Virus record (IMG/VR): IMGVR_UViG_2698536576_000003
Span: 1 to 13,179 of that record
From: a virus
Lineage: Duplodnaviria > Heunggongvirae > Uroviricota > Caudoviricetes
Reading direction: 5' to 3' (one strand)
DNA: 13,179 nt
Shown here one piece after another: positions 7,491 through 13,179 of the stretch. The position numbers were made by a program, and so were the translations under genes. Positions within the stretch are counted from its first letter, which is position 1; the number at the start of each line of letters is the position of its first letter. The notes under the pieces were generated by a model that searched no databases, was not told the DNA's origin, and saw nothing but the letters and a program-made list of their open reading frames with translations.

Positions 7491-7685
7491 TCATTCTTCA
7501 TCACTTTTAATTGATGTATATGCTCTCTTTTCTGACGTTAGCCTCCGACGGCAGGCTTCAATGACCCAGGCTGAGAAATTCCCGGACCCTTTTTGATCAA
7601 GAGCGATGTTAATTTGTTCAATCATTTGGTTAGGAAAGCGGATGTTGCGGGTTGTTGTTCTGCGGGTTCTGTTCTTCGTTGACAT
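7491..7685 (-). CDS. ylcI: YlcI-like small protein (DUF3950), probable ribbon-helix-helix DNA-binding fold, 64 aa
   Basis: ATG at 7685-7683; Arg-rich N-terminus, then an RHH-like pattern (RNIRFPNQMIEQINIALDQKG...SAWVIEACRRRL). Directly left of the cos site. Confidence 0.7.
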   Translation of the reverse strand: MSTKNRTRRTTTRNIRFPNQMIEQINIALDQKGSGNFSAWVIEACRRRLTSEKRAYTSIKSDEE

Positions 7686-7849
7686 GAGGTTGCCCCGTAT
7701 TCAGTGTCGCTGATTTGTATTGTCTGAAGTTGTTTTTACGTTAAGTTGATGCGGATCAATTAATACGATACCTGCGTCATAATTGATTATTTGACGTGGT
7801 TTGATGGCGTAGATGCACGTTGTGACATGTAGATGATAATTATTATCAT

Positions 7850-8060
7850 TTTGCGGGTCCTTTCCGGCGATCCGACAGGTTACGGGGCGGCGACCTCGCG
7901 GGTTTTCGCTATTTATGAAAATTTTCCGGTTTAAGGCGTTTCCGTTCTTCTTCGTCATAACTTAATGTTTTTATTTAAAATACCCTCTGAAAAGAAAGGA
8001 AACGACAGGTGCTGAAAACGGGCTTTTTGGCCACTGTCGTTTCCTTTCTCTGTTTTTGTC
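7850..8060 (+). other. cos: lambda-type cos site (cosQ - cosN - cosB); cosN 12-nt cohesive-end sequence GGGCGGCGACCT at 7885-7896
   Basis: Exact lambda left-end sequence GGGCGGCGACCTCGCGGGTTTTCGCTATTTATGAAAATTTTCCGG... begins at 7885, preceded by ...ACAGGTTACG, and is followed by the cosB region leading into the Nu1 start at 8074. Confidence 0.9.
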
Positions 8061-8073
8061 CGTGGAATGAACA

Positions 8074-8593
8074 ATGGAAGTCAACAAAAAGCAGCTGGCT
8101 GAAATTTTCGGCGCGAGTATCCGTACCATTCAGAACTGGCAGGAGCAGGGAATGCCCGTTCTGCGAGGCGGTGGGAAGGGTAATGAGGTGCTTTATGACT
8201 CTGCCGCCGTCATAAAATGGTATGCCGAAAGGGATGCTGAAATTGAGAACGAAAAGCTGCGCCGGGAGGTTGAAGAACTGCGACAGGCCAGCGAGACAGA
8301 TCTCCAGCCAGGGACTATTGAGTACGAACGCCATCGACTTACGCGTGCGCAGGCCGACGCACAGGAGCTGAAAAATGCCAGAGACTCCGCTGAAGTGGTG
8401 GAAACCGCATTCTGTACTTTCGTGCTGTCGCGGATCGCAGGTGAAATTGCCAGTATTCTCGACGGGATCCCCCTGTCGGTGCAGCGGCGTTTTCCGGAAC
8501 TGGAAAACCGACATGTTGATTTCCTGAAACGGGATATCATCAAAGCCATGAACAAAGCAGCCGCGCTGGATGAACTGATACCGGGGTTGCTGA

Positions 8594-8619
<26 letters not shown>
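8074..8619 (+). CDS. nohD: terminase small subunit Nu1, 181 aa
   Basis: MEVNKKQLAEIFGASIRTIQNWQEQGMPVLRGGGKGNEVLYDSAAVIKWY... is essentially lambda gpNu1 (winged-helix N-terminus); 26-nt overlap with the A start, as in lambda. Confidence 0.93.
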
Positions 8620-11078
<2,459 letters not shown>

Positions 11079-11178
11079 AAACAGCCTATGACAATGCCGA
11101 GAAACGTCTGCAGAAAGATCAGAACGGTGCGGATATCCCTGGCAAAGACACCTTTACGAAAAATATTGGTGCCTGGCC

Positions 11179-11706
11179 GGAACTAATGAATTTATTGGTG
11201 AAGGTGATGCATATATTCCGCCTCATACAGGTCTGCCAGCAAACAGTACCGATATTGCACCACCAGATATTCCTGCTGGCTTTGTGGCTGTTTTCAACAG
11301 TGATGAGGCATCGTGGCATCTCGTTGAAGATCATCGGGGTAAAACGGTTTATGACGTGGCTTCCGGCGACGCGTTATTTATTTCTGAACTCGGCTCATTA
11401 CCGGAAAATGTCACCTGGTTATCCCCGGAAGGGGAGTTTCAGAAGTGGAACGGCACAGCTTGGGTGAAGGATACGGAAGCAGAAAAACTGTTCCGGATCC
11501 GTGAGGCGGAAGAAACAAAAAACAGCCTGATGCAGGTAGCCAGTGAGCATATAGCGCCGCTTCAGGATGCTGTGGATCTGGAGATCGCAACGGAGGAAGA
11601 AACCTTGTTGCTGGAAGCCTGGAAAAAGTATCGGGTGTTGCTGAACCGTGTTGATACATCAACTGCACCTGATATTGAGTGGCCTACGAACCCTGTCAGG
11701 GAGTAA
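11179..11706 (+). pseudogene. tfaD: tail fibre assembly protein Tfa remnant (lacks first ~16 codons and start codon)
   Basis: Frame reads [60 protein letters not shown]...[22 protein letters not shown], matching lambda Tfa from about residue 17 to the C-terminus. Upstream in this frame there is no ATG; the first in-frame start is GTG at 11284 (ORF track, 140 aa). Confidence 0.75.
11543..11660 (+). repeat. direct repeat copy 1: tfa 3'-end segment (~118 bp)
   Basis: AGTGAGCATATAGCGCCGCTTCAGGATGCTGTGGATCTGGAGATCGCAACGGAGGAAGAAACC... aligns by eye at roughly 80-85% identity with 12591-12710, same orientation. Confidence 0.75.
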
Positions 11707-11760
11707 TCATTGGGATTATGCCGCAGCACGTCTTAAGCAAGAACGTGCTGCGGTTGGATG

Positions 11761-12429
11761 CTATTTTTTCCCTGAAGCGGAAAACATTACTACAGTACCT
11801 TGAACCTTGGTTTTAACATTCTCGAAATGCTCTGAGAGTATATGTGTTAAGCCTTCTTCGGAATCTTTTGTGTTTGAAAAGATGCCTTTCTGATTGTAAA
11901 TGCGCATCAGTTTTTGACCGAAGCTATTGTGCACAACTCCATCGCCAAGAATTGTGGCTCCGTATAGAGTTCCATCGTCAGTTAAGGCCTGCGCCGCATT
12001 GCGTATTACACAGCTTTTTGTAGATATATTTCCAGGCAGGCAGTGAAGAAGGTAAAACATGGAAATGGAATCAAATTGACCATGTAACGCCGCGGGATAA
12101 GGTTCAAAAACATCATGGCTAATTTTATGTTTAATTTTTGATTCCCCAGCCCTTGTAGATGCCGCGTTCAGGCTAGCTTCGTTCAAATCCATTAAAGATA
12201 TCAGACTACTCTCAGGTACGTGAGTAAGGTAAAACCCAGTTCCAACACCAATATCCAGATGGTTGTTACCTAAATGTTCCAGAAAGTGTGGAAGAAGGTG
12301 TTCCTTTGTAGGACATCCCCATGCAAGCCGATTTGATACTCCCAAAACCCACCAGTCATAAAGCTTTAGGGTAAGTGGTGTGTAAATTTTAGCCCCATCA
12401 TCTGTGTTTTTTTTCATTAATTTCACCAT
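11761..12429 (-). CDS. ybcY: class I SAM-dependent methyltransferase (YbcY-like), 218-222 aa
   Basis: Minus-strand ORF with SAM-binding motif I HLDIGVGTGFY. The first ATG (12429) lacks an RBS; the ATG at 12417 (MKKNTDDG...) has GGTGAAA 5 nt upstream, so the true start is probably 12417. Antisense to the flanking tfa-derived sequences. Confidence 0.8.
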   Translation of the reverse strand: MVKLMKKNTDDGAKIYTPLTLKLYDWWVLGVSNRLAWGCPTKEHLLPHFLEHLGNNHLDIGVGTGFYLTHVPESSLISLMDLNEASLNAASTRAGESKIKHKISHDVFEPYPAALHGQFDSISMFYLLHCLPGNISTKSCVIRNAAQALTDDGTLYGATILGDGVVHNSFGQKLMRIYNQKGIFSNTKDSEEGLTHILSEHFENVKTKVQGTVVMFSASGKK

Positions 12430-12485
12430 GTTATAGTTTTATTTGTGAATTAAATCAATTATGGCGATGAATTACAAGGGGTTAA

Positions 12486-12791
12486 ATGCTGCCGCAGCAT
12501 AGCGATATTGAAATAGCCTGGTATGCTTCGATACAACAGGAGCCGAATGGCTGGAAGACCGTCACCACACAGTTCTACATCCAGGAATTCAGTGAGTATA
12601 TTGCGCCACTGCAGGATGCTGTAGATCTGGAAATCGCAACGGAGGAAGAAAGATCGTTGCTGGAGGCATGGAATAAATATCGGGTATTGTTGAATCGAGT
12701 TGATACATCAGTAGCTCTGGGTATGAAGCTGTTTGTAACTCATGTTACAGTAACAGTTATTACTATCTCGAAGGTGCAAAATGTATATTGA
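12486..12791 (+). CDS. tfaX: TfaX-like protein containing a tail-fibre-assembly C-terminal segment, 101 aa
   Basis: ATG at 12486 with AAGGGG RBS; the middle of the protein ([37 protein letters not shown]) duplicates the Tfa C-terminus; the N- and C-terminal parts are unrelated. Likely a chimeric remnant, possibly expressed. Confidence 0.55.
   Translation: MLPQHSDIEIAWYASIQQEPNGWKTVTTQFYIQEFSEYIAPLQDAVDLEIATEEERSLLEAWNKYRVLLNRVDTSVALGMKLFVTHVTVTVITISKVQNVY
12591..12710 (+). repeat. direct repeat copy 2: tfa 3'-end segment (~120 bp)
   Basis: AGTGAGTATATTGCGCCACTGCAGGATGCTGTAGATCTGGAAATCGCAACGGAGGAAGAAAGA... pairs with 11543-11660. Confidence 0.75.
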
Positions 12792-12881
12792 TTTGATATT
12801 TTATAAATTTACTTCGAATCTGGCACGTCAACTTTTGATTAAAGTAATATCAGTTTTCGGCGAAAAAAGGACCGTGTACAT

Positions 12882-13179
12882 GGTGATGCTGCCAACTTAC
12901 TGATTTAGTGTATGATGGTGTTTTTGAGGTGCTCCAGTGGCTTCTGTTTCTATCAGCTGTCCCTCCTGTTCAGCTACTGACGGGGTGGTGCGTAACGGCA
13001 AAAGCACCGCCGGACATCAGCGCTATCTCTGCTCTCACTGCCGTAAAACATGGCAACTGCAGTTCACTTACACCGCTTCTCAACCCGGTACGCACCAGAA
13101 AATCATTGATATGGCCATGAATGGCGTTGGATGCCGGGCAACCGCCCGCATTATGGGCGTTGGCCTCAACACGATTTTA
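12882..13179 (+). mobile_element. IS1 insertion sequence, left end (continues beyond the window)
   Basis: Starts with the IS1 terminal inverted repeat GGTGATGCTGCCAACTTACTGATTTAGTGTATGATGGTG at 12882 and matches IS1 through to the window end. Confidence 0.92.
12937..13179 (+). CDS. insA: IS1 InsA (transposition repressor), N-terminal 81 codons, truncated by the window edge
   Basis: GTG at 12937 gives (M)[80 protein letters not shown]. Absent from the ORF track because there is no stop inside the window; the track's 12908..13120 ORF is a different, spurious frame. Confidence 0.88.
   Translation, partial: MASVSISCPSCSATDGVVRNGKSTAGHQRYLCSHCRKTWQLQFTYTASQPGTHQKIIDMAMNGVGCRATARIMGVGLNTIL

Noticed and set aside
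7701-7958. 85-aa minus-strand ORF
   Set aside because: It spans the cos site (cosN 7885-7896 and cosQ), a conserved non-coding packaging signal; no RBS; very likely spurious.
7975-8555. Minus-strand ORFs 7975..8514 and 8193..8555, and plus-strand 8009..8215
   Set aside because: They overlap cosB and nohD, whose frame is confirmed by Nu1 similarity.
11186-11467. 93-aa plus-strand ORF ([13 protein letters not shown]...)
   Set aside because: It is the out-of-frame continuation of the tail-fibre fragment frame across the tfa remnant; the Tfa-homologous frame is the other one.
12908-13120. 70-aa plus-strand ORF inside IS1
   Set aside because: Wrong frame; the authentic IS1 insA frame starts at GTG 12937 and runs off the window.

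Overview
This 13.2-kb window is a decayed lambdoid prophage segment of the Escherichia coli DLP12 type, with a different left end and an IS1 at the right edge. All calls rest on reading the sequence and the supplied ORF track plus recalled knowledge of phage lambda, phage 21 and DLP12; no database search was run. Layout, left to right: (1) a leftward two-gene module resembling CPS-53 YfdP/YfdQ (DUF2303), 15-1267; (2) a GC-rich, repeat-dense ~490-bp non-coding stretch, 1268-1761; (3) rightward: a coiled-coil/zinc-ribbon hypothetical protein and the Q antiterminator quuD; (4) an apparently intact porin gene nmpC on the minus strand with a structured 3' UTR that fits the IpeX sRNA; (5) a phage-21-type lysis cassette (essD pinholin, rrrD SAR endolysin, rzpD with embedded rzoD); (6) borD, ybcV, ybcW, ylcI; (7) a lambda-type cos site followed by full-length nohD (Nu1), terminase A and W; (8) a portal gene B truncated after ~103 codons and joined to tail-fibre and tfa remnants, so the head and tail genes are deleted; (9) a SAM-dependent methyltransferase (ybcY-like) on the minus strand between two diverged direct copies of the tfa 3' end, the second inside a tfaX-like ORF; (10) the left end of IS1 with the start of insA. 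No CRISPR array, tRNA or rRNA was found. The candidates for something undescribed are the structured GC-rich element, the inverted YfdP/YfdQ-like module, the zinc-ribbon protein upstream of Q, and the methyltransferase cassette.
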